Source: an uncultured Polyangiales bacterium (GTDB lineage Bacteria > Myxococcota_A > Polyangia > Polyangiales > CAYWAT01). Taken from it: a stretch of DNA of 59,876 nucleotides. Positions 51,403-59,876 of this stretch are shown here, one piece after another (position 1 is the first letter of the stretch; every line of letters starts with the position of its first letter). The position numbers and the translations under genes are program-made. The stretch is from NCBI GenBank assembly GCA_964456305.1, contig CAYWAT010000001.1, positions 23,001 through 82,876 on the forward strand, in the 5' to 3' direction. Under the pieces are notes generated by a model. It saw nothing but the letters and a program-made list of their open reading frames with translations, was not told the DNA's origin and did not search any database.

Positions 51403-52605
51403 GGCCTTGAGGTATGCGCACACCTGCTTTGCCGCTGCTGGGATGCGATGCTTGGCCTGGAGCAGACCAAAGATATCGAAAAAACGGCTTGTGGACCATA
51501 AGCTAAGGCTTTTGATATACCTCGGTTTGCTGCGCAGATAGGCCACCATTCCAGCAAATCCTTGAGCGATTTCTTCGCTTATACGCCGATACTGGTCTTG
51601 GTTGAGGTTGCCCTCCCAATAGCTGGGACGCTTGAGTCCACCTGCGCCGATGCCAAACTCGTCGATATGCAGCTCAGGGCGTTTGTGTTTGGAGATGCGC
51701 AGTTTTTCGCTAAGCAGTTGCTCGACTAGGTTGGACTCGTGCGTATGTAGGGCTTTGGCGATTTCATCGGCGCTGGGCATTCGGCTGCCTTGTTCCTGCA
51801 GCGGCATATGGATGGTGAGATCCATATATTGGGAGATGCCGATGGCATCGAGGGACTGAAGGTAACGTGCGAGAGTGCGCTGCTCGGTTTTGTTCATGCG
51901 ATCGACGAAGTCACCCGGGATCAGAAAATGATGACTAAAGGAGTGCGAGAGCCGGACCTGGGTTTGAAGTTTGAGGCGTCTGAGCTCCTTGCGGACGTTT
52001 CGCGCTAAGCTGAGCCAACGTTGGGGATGATAGACCACAGAGTTCATCAGCTCTGCACCGAGATGAAAGCGTAGCGGTTTGGCCTCCTTTGGCTTGATCA
52101 GCGCTGCATAGGCCTTGCCTATCATCGTCAGAGCGGGGCGGATGAGCGCATCATGGTAGCTCTCGCTCATCGGATCGACGTCGAAGAAACCCCGCCAACC
52201 GCAGTTTGCCCGCCAACTGATGTTATCGCTTTGGTGGATATCAAAGCCTGGCTGGTAGAGGGGAGCATCGAGGTGCGCTTTATAGACAACGGTAAAATTT
52301 TCTTGGAGGAGCAGGGTAATGAGCTTTTGCTGTTTGTCCCAGCTGGGGGCATGCGTGAAATCGATGCGATTGAGTCCGGTATAGGTATAGGTGGGGACCA
52401 AAATCACCTGCTGAAAGCCCAGCGCCTTCAGCTTTTTGATGAAAGGTTTGGGATTGTCGTAGCCCTTGGTCGACCATGTGGGCCAGCTGATGCCTAAGGG
52501 AATCGGTGCTGTGGATGCGTGTGCTTGGGCGAGGCTCTGATGTGGCCACATGAGAAGTAAAAAGAGCAGACTTAGAAGGTGACTTCGTTTGATGATCATC
52601 GACAT
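51382..52605 (-). CDS. secreted TIM-barrel glycoside-hydrolase-like protein (clan GH-A-like)
   Basis: Signal peptide (MSMIIKRSHLLSLLFLLLMWPHQSLAQA). Candidate catalytic glutamates are in LGAELMN and HIDEFGIG, with spacing typical of (beta/alpha)8 hydrolases. Family not identified. Confidence 0.45.
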   Translation of the reverse strand: MSMIIKRSHLLSLLFLLLMWPHQSLAQAHASTAPIPLGISWPTWSTKGYDNPKPFIKKLKALGFQQVILVPTYTYTGLNRIDFTHAPSWDKQQKLITLLLQENFTVVYKAHLDAPLYQPGFDIHQSDNISWRANCGWRGFFDVDPMSESYHDALIRPALTMIGKAYAALIKPKEAKPLRFHLGAELMNSVVYHPQRWLSLARNVRKELRRLKLQTQVRLSHSFSHHFLIPGDFVDRMNKTEQRTLARYLQSLDAIGISQYMDLTIHMPLQEQGSRMPSADEIAKALHTHESNLVEQLLSEKLRISKHKRPELHIDEFGIGAGGLKRPSYWEGNLNQDQYRRISEEIAQGFAGMVAYLRSKPRYIKSLSLWSTSRFFDIFGLLQAKHRIPAAAKQVCAYLKASKTSAE

Positions 52606-52624
52606 GTTTCGCTGAGGCTTATCG

Positions 52625-52933
52625 TCAACGTAGACATTTCCCAATGACTAAGATGGCAGTGATGATGCCTCCTAGAATGCTTAATGTGCGCGCAACGGAC
52701 TTAAGGCGTCGCTGTGTGTTTTGCTGCGGGCTTAATGTTTTGATGTCCGTCGATTTAGAGAGCGTTAACCAGTATACGAAGGCAAATGCACCGATCATAA
52801 TCAGCAAACATAGGCTGAGTATGATCACGGTCTCGGTATTGAATCCACGTGAAGTGCAATACAACGCCGCGAAGATGGCGAAAGTAAGACTAAAGGAGGC
52901 AATCAACGCTTTCCATTGATCGGGTCTTAACAC
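52625..52933 (-). CDS. small three-helix membrane protein, hypothetical
   Basis: 102 aa with three hydrophobic segments (LIASFSLTFAIFAALY, VIILSLCLLIMIGAFAFVYWL, LSILGGIITAILVIG). It lies in the operon between folE and the hydrolase-like gene. Confidence 0.4.
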   Translation of the reverse strand: MLRPDQWKALIASFSLTFAIFAALYCTSRGFNTETVIILSLCLLIMIGAFAFVYWLTLSKSTDIKTLSPQQNTQRRLKSVARTLSILGGIITAILVIGKCLR

Positions 52934-52945
52934 GGGTTTGTTTCC

Positions 52946-53524
52946 TTATCGGGGCATCGGTTCAAGCAGGACGCGTTGCAGTGCCTGGTTGCTTTTAAAC
53001 TCGCCCTGAAAGCTGATGGTTGTGACCTTGGCTTGGTGGCTATGGGGCCCCCGCGCGGTAAGGCAGGTGGGCTGCATATGAATCACACATCCGGCGCCGT
53101 GGGCGTTGAGATGCGTGATCAGTGCCTCGGCGATGTTTTGTGTGAGGGTTTCTTGCAGAATGAGCCGTTTTGCAAAGCAATGGACCAGCTTCACCAGTGC
53201 ACCAAAGCCAACGATCGTTGTGTTGGGCAGATACGCGAGATGTACATAACCCATGGCTGGCATTAAGTGATGTGGGCAGAGGGTGCTGGTTTGGATGTCG
53301 CGTACAATCACCGGGTCTTGCGCTGTGGCTGGTAGAGCATCGGCAAGAATTGCAGCAGGACTTTCGCGATAGCCTGCCAGAAGCTCGTCGTGAAAACATT
53401 GCGCCACTCGGTTGCCAGTGTCTTTGAGTTCGGGATCGCTTGCGCTGTCCGGGGCTCCTACAGCCTCGAGAAAGTCATGAATCGCTCGCGCTGCACGTGG
53501 GAGGTCGACCGAGCGCGTAGTCAT
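52946..53524 (-). CDS. folE: GTP cyclohydrolase I
   Basis: Zinc/active-site motif STLCPHHLMP (C-x-H-H), the QERLT-equivalent LILQETLTQNIA and HMQPTCLTARG (C-M-x-x-R-G-like). Confidence 0.87.
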   Translation of the reverse strand: MTTRSVDLPRAARAIHDFLEAVGAPDSASDPELKDTGNRVAQCFHDELLAGYRESPAAILADALPATAQDPVIVRDIQTSTLCPHHLMPAMGYVHLAYLPNTTIVGFGALVKLVHCFAKRLILQETLTQNIAEALITHLNAHGAGCVIHMQPTCLTARGPHSHQAKVTTISFQGEFKSNQALQRVLLEPMPR

Positions 53525-53526
53525 GC

Positions 53527-54861
53527 TTAGCCCATGTGTTGTTCGAGGAAACGGGTGGAGATGTCGCCTTGTTGGAAGTGGGCGTTGCCAAGGATTCGCT
53601 GATGCAATTTCACATTGGTGCGAATGCCTTCGATGATGGTTTCGTCGAGGGCGCGTTGCATGCGAGCGATAGTCTCTTCGCGGGTGCGGCTATGCGCGAT
53701 GATTTTGAGGATAAGGGAGTCGTATTCGCTTGGAACCCGCCAACCGCCATAAACCCCGGAGTCGGTGCGAATGCCAGCGCCTCCGGGTGGGTGGTATTCG
53801 TTGATAAGACCTGGCCACGGAGCATGGCTTTCGGGATCTTCGGCATTGATACGGCACTCGATCGCATGGCCGCGCGGGTTGATCGGTTGGTCGGGAAAAC
53901 TGATGGGCTGGCCGCTGGCAATGCGGATTTGTTCGGCCACTAAGTCGATCCCGGTGATCATTTCGGTTACCGGGTGTTCAACTTGAATACGGGTGTTCAT
54001 TTCCATGAAGGACAAGTTACCGCGCTCATCCATGAGGAATTCCAAGGTGCCCACGGAGGCATAGTCGCTCTCACGCATCGCGCGGGCGATGGTTTGTGCC
54101 ATGTCGGCGCGCAGTTCGGTTGAGACCGCCGTGCTGGGTGCCTCTTCGATCAGTTTTTGGTGGCGTCGCTGAATGGAACACTCGCGTTCGCCCAGCACAT
54201 GGGCGCCTCCTTTGCCGTCACAAAGCACTTGAAACTCGATATGACGAGGATGCTCGATAAAGCGTTCGCAATAGAGATCGCCGTTTTTGAAGGCTGCTTC
54301 GGCTTCGCTCTTCGCTTGCGCAAAGACCTTTTGCATCCCCTCCGCGTTGCGCACGATTTTCATGCCGCGACCGCCCCCGCCAGCAGAGGCTTTGAGCATG
54401 ACTGGGAAACCGATGCGTTCTGCTTCGCGCACGGCCTCCGACGTTGTGCGTAAGACGCCGGTGCCTTCCATCAGAGGCAACTTGAGTTGTTTGCCGAGAG
54501 CGCGAGCTTGAACTTTGTCTCCCCATTTGCGCATGCAATCGGGAGAGGGACCGATAAAGGTGAGGCCACAGCGAATGCAAATATCAGCAAACTCAGCGTT
54601 CTCAGAGAGAAAGCCATAGCCCGGGTGGATTGCGTCCGCGCCGGTTACCTCTGCAGCAGCAATGATGGATGGGATGTTGAGGTAACTTTCGAGGGCGTGT
54701 GCTGGGCCGATGCACACCGCCTCATCGGCAAAACGCACGTGCAGGGCATTGGCATCTCGCTCGCTGTGAACGGCGACCGTGGCAATATTAAGCTCGCGGC
54801 ATGCACGCAGGATGCGCAGCGCGATCTCCCCACGGTTGGCGATCAGAACTTTTTTGATCAT
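53527..54861 (-). CDS. accC: acetyl-CoA carboxylase biotin carboxylase subunit
   Basis: MIKKVLIANRGEIALRILRACRELNI, GYGFLSEN, the ATP-grasp loop KASAGGGGRGM, EMNTRIQVEHPVTE, and full length (444 aa). Confidence 0.97.
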   Translation of the reverse strand: MIKKVLIANRGEIALRILRACRELNIATVAVHSERDANALHVRFADEAVCIGPAHALESYLNIPSIIAAAEVTGADAIHPGYGFLSENAEFADICIRCGLTFIGPSPDCMRKWGDKVQARALGKQLKLPLMEGTGVLRTTSEAVREAERIGFPVMLKASAGGGGRGMKIVRNAEGMQKVFAQAKSEAEAAFKNGDLYCERFIEHPRHIEFQVLCDGKGGAHVLGERECSIQRRHQKLIEEAPSTAVSTELRADMAQTIARAMRESDYASVGTLEFLMDERGNLSFMEMNTRIQVEHPVTEMITGIDLVAEQIRIASGQPISFPDQPINPRGHAIECRINAEDPESHAPWPGLINEYHPPGGAGIRTDSGVYGGWRVPSEYDSLILKIIAHSRTREETIARMQRALDETIIEGIRTNVKLHQRILGNAHFQQGDISTRFLEQHMG

Positions 54862-55352
54862 GAGCTTGGGGTGACGCGAAAGAGCTTTTCTCCAAACTCA
54901 ACAGGCTTGCCGTTTTCGACCAAAACCTCTGCGATGGTACCGCGCACCTCGGACTCGATTTCATTCATGAGCTTCATCGCTTCGATGATGCACAAGGCTT
55001 GGCCGGGTTTGATTTTCTGACCCTCGTGCACAAAGGGCTCGGCGTCTGGGGATGGCGAGCGATAAAAGGTGCCCACAAAGGGAGAGGTTATAAAAACGCT
55101 GTGATCATCGACGGGAGGCGCAGTGCTTTCTGCGGGTGCTGGTGCGCCCTCGCTGGGGATAGGCGGTCTCGCCGAGGGAGGGACGGGGATGCTTGCCGCG
55201 CTCATGTACGCTGCACCGGCCTCTATCATGCCACCAGCGCGCTTAAGGGTGATCTGTTGCTCACCGCGCTGGACCGAGACTTCGTGAAAATCGTAATCGC
55301 GCAACGCCTGCATCAAGTCGCGCAACTGGTTAATGTCGACGTCCAGGGTCAT
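54858..55352 (-). CDS. accB: acetyl-CoA carboxylase biotin carboxyl carrier protein
   Basis: Biotinylation motif CIIEAMKLMNEIE and a Pro/Ala-rich linker. The stop overlaps the accC start (ATGA). Confidence 0.93.
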   Translation of the reverse strand: MTLDVDINQLRDLMQALRDYDFHEVSVQRGEQQITLKRAGGMIEAGAAYMSAASIPVPPSARPPIPSEGAPAPAESTAPPVDDHSVFITSPFVGTFYRSPSPDAEPFVHEGQKIKPGQALCIIEAMKLMNEIESEVRGTIAEVLVENGKPVEFGEKLFRVTPSS

Positions 55353-55395
55353 GGGAAACAGGCCCTACGTCTTGGGATTCCTTAAGTCAACGCGT

Positions 55396-55523
55396 CAGAC
55401 TGCCCTTGCTTCACTCTGAGTCTTGGCTTTCGTCCGGTCCTCACCCCTCAAGGTATCCATATGTACATTTTCGGTTTTGCGGTCCGGGCGCGCTCAAGCT
55501 CAAAGCAAATCAAGAGCAGTCTG
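55396..55523 (-). repeat. MITE-like palindromic element, short form, copy D (128 nt, inverted orientation)
   Basis: The reverse complement aligns along its whole length with copy B (shared core ..AAAATGTA..ATAGATACCTTGAG.. and both arms). The termini are CAGACTGCCCTTG / CAGACTGCTCTTG. It lies between aroQ and accB. Its last 24 nt encode the final 7 codons and the TGA stop of aroQ. Confidence 0.8.
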
Positions 55524-55961
55524 CAGGTGTTGAACCAAGGCGCGCAGTCCAAGGGTATAGCTCTGGGTGCCGAAGCCACTAATCACGCCGATACATCGGT
55601 CTGCCAGCATGGAATGATGGCGAAAGGGTTCGCGTCGATAGACGTTGGAGAGGTGCACTTCGACGCAGGGTAAACCGCTGGCGATGATGGCGTCGCGAAT
55701 GGCGATCGAGGTATGTGTGTAGGCTGCGGCATTGATCAACAGGCCTTGGTGCTTTTCTGCTGCGCGTTGAATGTGTTCGACGATCTCACCTTCATGGTTG
55801 CTCTGCACACAGTTGATGCGCACCTTTAGGCTGCTCGCCAAGCTCTGCAGTGTTGCGTTGATGGTCTCGAGCGTATCGTTGCCGTAGAGCTCAGGCTCGC
55901 GCTGGCCCAGCATATTGAGATTGGGGCCGTGGAGGACTAAGAGCTTAGGCGACTCGCTCAT
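55500..55961 (-). CDS. aroQ: type II 3-dehydroquinate dehydratase
   Basis: [44 protein letters not shown] and [17 protein letters not shown]. Confidence 0.93.
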   Translation of the reverse strand: MSESPKLLVLHGPNLNMLGQREPELYGNDTLETINATLQSLASSLKVRINCVQSNHEGEIVEHIQRAAEKHQGLLINAAAYTHTSIAIRDAIIASGLPCVEVHLSNVYRREPFRHHSMLADRCIGVISGFGTQSYTLGLRALVQHLQTALDLL

Positions 55962-56527
55962 ACAGACTCGTTCAAGGCGTGATGTTGAGAGGCTTCTGTT
56001 TTAGAATGAATGCCGTAAAAATGACTAAGCCAGGCAAAGGCTCCAAACATCGCGGCGGTGTAAAAGAGATCGCCAGCAAGCGCATTGCGCAAGAAGGGCA
56101 GGGCCATGAGATAACATTGCGTCAGGCCACTCCAGTTGTGCGGGTATGTTTGGCCTAATGCCCACACGGAAAAGTTGGTCACGACAAAAAAGAGAAGCGA
56201 ACCAGTCGCCGCAGTGGGAAGACTATGCCACCAGGCCCGGTTGCCTAGGTTGCGACCAAGCCACGTTGTAAGAGCCAAGCTCAGATATACCGCCGGCATA
56301 TGCACATGCAGTCCCCAGCCCCAGTAGAGCTGATAGAGCAGGTCGCTTACTAACATGGCTCCCAATGGGATGATCCATGCAGGCCATTTAAGGCGAATAT
56401 GGGCGCCTGCAAAAAGGCCCATCGCCACCATGGGGGCAACATTGGGGGGATGTGGCAGCACTCTAAGTAAGGCTGCTCCCAAAATCATCGCGATGCTTAT
56501 GCACAGGCGTATTGCGCGAGGCTCCAT
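55958..56527 (-). CDS. polytopic membrane protein (DUF6580-like as I recall the family)
   Basis: [23 protein letters not shown] at the N-terminus and about six TM helices. The stop overlaps the aroQ start. Confidence 0.55.
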   Translation of the reverse strand: MEPRAIRLCISIAMILGAALLRVLPHPPNVAPMVAMGLFAGAHIRLKWPAWIIPLGAMLVSDLLYQLYWGWGLHVHMPAVYLSLALTTWLGRNLGNRAWWHSLPTAATGSLLFFVVTNFSVWALGQTYPHNWSGLTQCYLMALPFLRNALAGDLFYTAAMFGAFAWLSHFYGIHSKTEASQHHALNESV

Positions 56528-56749
56528 TGCGGCAGCAGCCTAGCGGGCAAGTTCTGGCATGTCCAACGCCTGTCTTAACGTTTGCGCCGCCAAAATTATC
56601 ACAACGATCACTGCAACGTGCCAGACTCTATGCGTTGCGTGCGACCAACGGGAGCGCCCACGAAGTGGGTAGCAAGGCCCGGCATTCATGGGAACTTCAG
56701 CAGTGCATAGTCGTTATAAGAAATCCTGCGCGCGGCGATCCTGAAGCCT

Positions 56750-58435
56750 TTATCGCTTGCGTCGCCGCCGTCGCCGCCGGCGTTGCTGCTGTTTTTCGGG
56801 GGCGTCGGGTGCATTGATGATGGTGAACTCCACGCGACGATTGAGTGCGCGTCCCGTGGGCGTGTCATCCGGTGCGACCAGGTTTTTCGAACCGTAGCCG
56901 ACGTAGTGCAAGCGCTCGCGCGGCACCTCTTTGATGGCCAGATATTCCACCACCGAGCGTGCTCGTCGGTAAGACAGATCGCGGTTGTAGTCCGGGTCAC
57001 CCATCGAGTCTGTATAGCCCTCGACGCGAATATGCTTTTGCTCGGGCAGGTTTTTCATGACCTCCGCCACGCGTGTAAGGAGCGGCAAGCTGACCTGACG
57101 AATGGTGTCTTGGTCAAAGTCGAAATAAATGCGCTCCGAGATCAAAATGCGCGTGTCGGTGACAGTAATGGTGGCTTTTTCGGGGCCAGGCTCGGGACAC
57201 CCGTCTTCGTCTTGATACCCGTCGATATCCTCGGGCTCCATGACACAAAGGTCGACGACGTCGGGCACCCCATCGCTGTCATTGTCGGTTTCGGGACAGC
57301 CATCGCGATCGTTGTGACCGTCGGCGTCTTCGGCTGCCATGGGGCACTCGTCATCTTTATCCAGGATGCCGTCTGCATCGGGACAACCGTCGCCATCGGC
57401 GAAGTTATCGCGGTCCTCGGCATCGTTGGGACAAAGGTCGTCAACGTCATTGATGCCATCTCCGTCGTTATCTGGATCGGCGCAAAAGTCGCCATCTTCA
57501 AAGCCATCGAAATCCTCGGGTCCCAGCGTGCAGGATTCGGCTTCGTGTACATAACGAAAGGCAAGCGACGCGCGCCATTCCGGTGTGCCATAGGCGTCGG
57601 AGAAACTGGTGCCGGCACCCACCTCGAGCGTGATGTTGGGCTTTGCGTACCAGCGGGCACCTGCGTCGATTTCCCAAGGGATTTCATCGCTATCGATAGT
57701 GCGTCCTGCCACCCCGACGCGCACCTGTGCTTCGGCGAGGATTTCGAAATGATCGCCCAGAGGCACGGATGCACCCAGGGCCATATGCAGCTCGTCGTCG
57801 TATTCTAAATCAAGGACAAGTGCGCGTCGTCGCATGCGATAACCCAGCTCGCTACCCAGGCGTAGAACGCCAAAGTCATACGCCAGCAACACAGAAGGCG
57901 TCGTGGTCCAATACCCGGCGCCGGTGAAATAGCGCCCATGCAAGATCGGCAAGGTGACCAGTAGGCGTCCCGAAAGCGCAAAGTCACCTCGCAGAATAGG
58001 CACCTTCATCGACAAACGAGGGTCTCCAGGGCGCACCAGCAGATCGTGATCGATGGGATCGCTGCTGGCGTCGCGGGTGCTGTTCGCGACGACCAAGGGC
58101 ACGGCTAGCCCAAACTCGATCCACTCAAAAAGACCCAGGGCCAGGAGCAGCTCGCTTTGGTTGTACAGTGTGATCAGATCCTCACCGTCGCTGCTGCGCG
58201 TTAATGAAGGGCCCGCGACGGTGGTTGATAAACCGATGCTGAGGTCGAGGTGATGTAGCACCTCTGGGCGTGGAATTGTGAGGGTTAAGCCGGTGCTTGC
58301 AGGAGGTGCGTAGAGTTGCGGGTCAAGCTCTGCATCCTGCGCTTGGGTGCAAAGAGGTTTGCTGATGCATAGGCATGCCGCAGTTACCACCAGGTAAAAA
58401 CAACATCTGAAAAATCCATAGTGCATGTTTGGCAT
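56750..58435 (-). CDS. OmpA-family outer-membrane protein with thrombospondin type-3 (TSP3) calcium-binding repeats and poly-Arg tail
   Basis: The N-terminal half is beta-barrel-like. The central part has a run of D-x-D-x-D-G-x-x-D-x-x-D-x-C-P repeats (DPDNDGDGINDVDDLCPN, DGDGCPDADGILDKDDECP, DNDSDGVPDVVDLC). The C-terminal OmpA domain has VEGYTDSMGDPDYNRDLSYRRARSVVEYL and NRRVEF. The tail is QQQRRRRRRRRKR. The internal ATG at 58435 (or 58426) is preferred. Confidence 0.85.
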   Translation of the reverse strand: MPNMHYGFFRCCFYLVVTAACLCISKPLCTQAQDAELDPQLYAPPASTGLTLTIPRPEVLHHLDLSIGLSTTVAGPSLTRSSDGEDLITLYNQSELLLALGLFEWIEFGLAVPLVVANSTRDASSDPIDHDLLVRPGDPRLSMKVPILRGDFALSGRLLVTLPILHGRYFTGAGYWTTTPSVLLAYDFGVLRLGSELGYRMRRRALVLDLEYDDELHMALGASVPLGDHFEILAEAQVRVGVAGRTIDSDEIPWEIDAGARWYAKPNITLEVGAGTSFSDAYGTPEWRASLAFRYVHEAESCTLGPEDFDGFEDGDFCADPDNDGDGINDVDDLCPNDAEDRDNFADGDGCPDADGILDKDDECPMAAEDADGHNDRDGCPETDNDSDGVPDVVDLCVMEPEDIDGYQDEDGCPEPGPEKATITVTDTRILISERIYFDFDQDTIRQVSLPLLTRVAEVMKNLPEQKHIRVEGYTDSMGDPDYNRDLSYRRARSVVEYLAIKEVPRERLHYVGYGSKNLVAPDDTPTGRALNRRVEFTIINAPDAPEKQQQRRRRRRRRKR

Positions 58436-58526
58436 GAGAGCTTGCCATGCTATTATTGCCCACCGCTGGCCTAGCGAGCGAGCTTTTTCGTCATTGTCGT
58501 TCTCTTGGTTAGGGTCCCTGTAAAGC

Positions 58527-59186
58527 ATGCCTATGATTTTCGTTGCCTGTTCTGGATTTCCCGTCCCTGTTAGCCGCTACTGGAATGAATTTCCTGCGGT
58601 AGAGATTACGGAAACTGAGCTGGGTATTCCCGGTGAAGGGACCATACGACGATGGAAACGTGAGTCGCCAGATAACTATGGTTTTTCTTTGTTGGCTCCT
58701 CAAAGTATCGGTCAGCAGGGCTTTCAAGTGGGCAAAGAGAGCAAAGCCTGCATGTCGGTGATGGCCAAGCTCTCTCAGGAGCTCGATGCTCGTGCGGTGG
58801 TGATCTGTGCTCCCGATGATTTTAAGGTATCTCGCCCCAATCGCGCCGCGCTCAAGGAGTTCGTACTCTCCTTGCCCAAGCGCTTTCCCTGTCCTTTAGT
58901 GATCGACGCTCCTTTATGGAAACCCAAGCAAGTAATGGACTTGGTGGATCATCCCAAGGTGACGGTTGCTTATGATCCTCTGAGCGACGAGCCGCCACCC
59001 TTGAATAAGTTTGCGTATTTGCGTTTGCCCGGGCCTGCCGGTAAGCGCTCCCGCTATGACGAAGTGGCGGTTGGGCGTATTGCCGAGCACTGCCTTGAAC
59101 TCAAGGCCAGCACGGTATTTTGCGTATTTCGCAACATCGATATGCACACCAATGGCAAAACCCTGCGCAAAAAACTCAAGCCCTGA
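58527..59186 (+). CDS. DUF72-family protein
   Basis: CSGFPVPVSRYWNEFPAVEITETE...IRRWKRESPDNYGFSLLAPQSI follows the DUF72 pattern (G.sgw....W...fy.vEin.tfY......W....P..F.F..K). Family recalled from memory. Confidence 0.6.
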   Translation: MPMIFVACSGFPVPVSRYWNEFPAVEITETELGIPGEGTIRRWKRESPDNYGFSLLAPQSIGQQGFQVGKESKACMSVMAKLSQELDARAVVICAPDDFKVSRPNRAALKEFVLSLPKRFPCPLVIDAPLWKPKQVMDLVDHPKVTVAYDPLSDEPPPLNKFAYLRLPGPAGKRSRYDEVAVGRIAEHCLELKASTVFCVFRNIDMHTNGKTLRKKLKP

Positions 59187-59187
59187 T

Positions 59188-59876
59188 ATGTCCTCAGTCT
59201 CGATTTCGTTCCGCCAGCATGCACTTCATTATGGACTTGTAGCGTTCGCTGTCGCGATGGGGATGGGCTGTGATGCCTGCGGAGCTACCAAATCACGCTC
59301 ATCGACGCCTTCAAAATCTTCAAAGACGCAGCAGCAAGACAAGGCGGCAGCGCCTGCGGAGAATAGTAAACCTGACCATAAACGGGCGCTCGTCTTGGTG
59401 TACGCGCAGTTTCCCGTTGATGCCGCAGGCAAGGTCGGGGTTCAACCGGGAGCGGCCCTCGCCGAGTTTATGGTCTGGCGTGAGGGTCGCTGGCACACTT
59501 CCTCATTCGAGGATGCCGATAGCAACGTGTTTCACAAAGCCATGGCCTACACGACACCTGACGGTGTTAAAGGATTGCTGACTTTTGGCGGCATGGCGGC
59601 AGCGGTTAAGTTTTGGCGCCTTGATGCGCAGGGTGCGCTTCAGGCCAAGACCCTGTGGCAAAAAGACTTTGGTGGGCGTTTCAGCCGGATGCGCGATGCT
59701 GAGCTTGCCGACCTAGACGGTGATGGTCAGCAGGAAATTGCCGTAGGGACGCACGATCAAGGCATTGTTGCCCTGCTCGATATAAAGGCTTCAGGTCGAT
59801 GGCAGACGCGTGAACTCGGTCGCCAAGCCAACACCTTTATTCACGAAATTGAGGTGGGCGATATCGATGGCGATGG
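59188..59876 (+). CDS. FG-GAP/VCBS-repeat lipoprotein (N-terminal part; continues past right edge)
   Basis: My translation from ATG 59188 (2 nt after the DUF72 stop) is MSSVSISFRQHALHYGLVAFAVAMGMGCDACG.., which contains a lipobox. It is followed by LADLDGDGQQEIAVGTHDQG and EVGDIDGDG, which are FG-GAP calcium-binding loops. The frame is open to the window end. Confidence 0.65.
   Translation, partial: MSSVSISFRQHALHYGLVAFAVAMGMGCDACGATKSRSSTPSKSSKTQQQDKAAAPAENSKPDHKRALVLVYAQFPVDAAGKVGVQPGAALAEFMVWREGRWHTSSFEDADSNVFHKAMAYTTPDGVKGLLTFGGMAAAVKFWRLDAQGALQAKTLWQKDFGGRFSRMRDAELADLDGDGQQEIAVGTHDQGIVALLDIKASGRWQTRELGRQANTFIHEIEVGDIDGD

Noticed and set aside
56612-56623. TGGCACGTTGCA on the minus strand, in the leader of the aroQ operon.
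   Set aside because: Both sigma-54 half-sites are present but are separated by 1 nt instead of 5, so this is not a functional -24/-12 arrangement.
56528-56749. A cobalamin riboswitch upstream of the DUF6580-like transporter-like gene.
   Set aside because: The only B12-box-like string (CTTCAGGATCGCCGCG) matches poorly and sits at the 5' end of the region rather than the 3' end. No GGGAA/GCCACTG-type conserved elements were seen.
56783-57808. 341-aa plus-strand ORF, the longest unannotated frame in the ORF track.
   Set aside because: It is the antisense shadow of the Asp-rich TSP3 repeat region of the OmpA gene. GAC/GAT codons read as GTC/ATC on the other strand, which gives a low-complexity Val/Ile/Gly-rich product. 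It has no signal or motif and lies entirely within a well-supported gene.

Overview
This is a 59,876-nt chromosomal window from a Gram-negative bacterium. The gene content includes a sigma-54 enhancer-binding protein, hybrid and tandem histidine kinases, a PP2C phosphatase, a thrombospondin-repeat OmpA, an FG-GAP lipoprotein, an ECF sigma module and a type I PKS. By inference only, that points to a Myxococcota/Bdellovibrionota-like lineage. I can support about 57 protein-coding genes, one tRNA-Thr(CGU) and four copies of a MITE-like palindromic element. Housekeeping genes are glmM, a DEAD-box RNA helicase, a UvrD-type helicase, folE, accC, accB and aroQ. Three things stand out. (1) At 17.2-29.3 kb there is a translationally coupled quartet. 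It comprises an enediyne-type iterative PKS (KS-AT-ACP-KR-DH-PPTase) with no enediyne cassette genes nearby, a PilZ::SAM-methyltransferase fusion, a polytopic tandem histidine kinase, and a receiver::kinase-like protein. The last three genes follow the order of the Ralstonia phcB-phcS-phcR fatty-acid-methyl-ester signalling operon, but here they sit behind a PKS. (2) At 0.9-15.3 kb there is a non-canonical Bcs/Pga-like exopolysaccharide locus. It has a PilZ-less processive GT2, a BcsB-like protein, a small TPR/beta-barrel protein, a GH16-like lipoprotein, an ATP-grasp ligase, and glmM coupled into the operon. It is embedded in a phosphorelay made of an HNOBA-type hybrid kinase, a sigma-54 activator and a receiver::PIG-L deacetylase fusion. 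(3) A 128/188-nt terminal-inverted-repeat element sits exactly at gene 3' ends and contains the stop codons of five genes. All functional calls come from reading motifs in the supplied translations and in my own translations of the DNA. No database search or computation was possible, so family assignments need HMM/BLAST confirmation.
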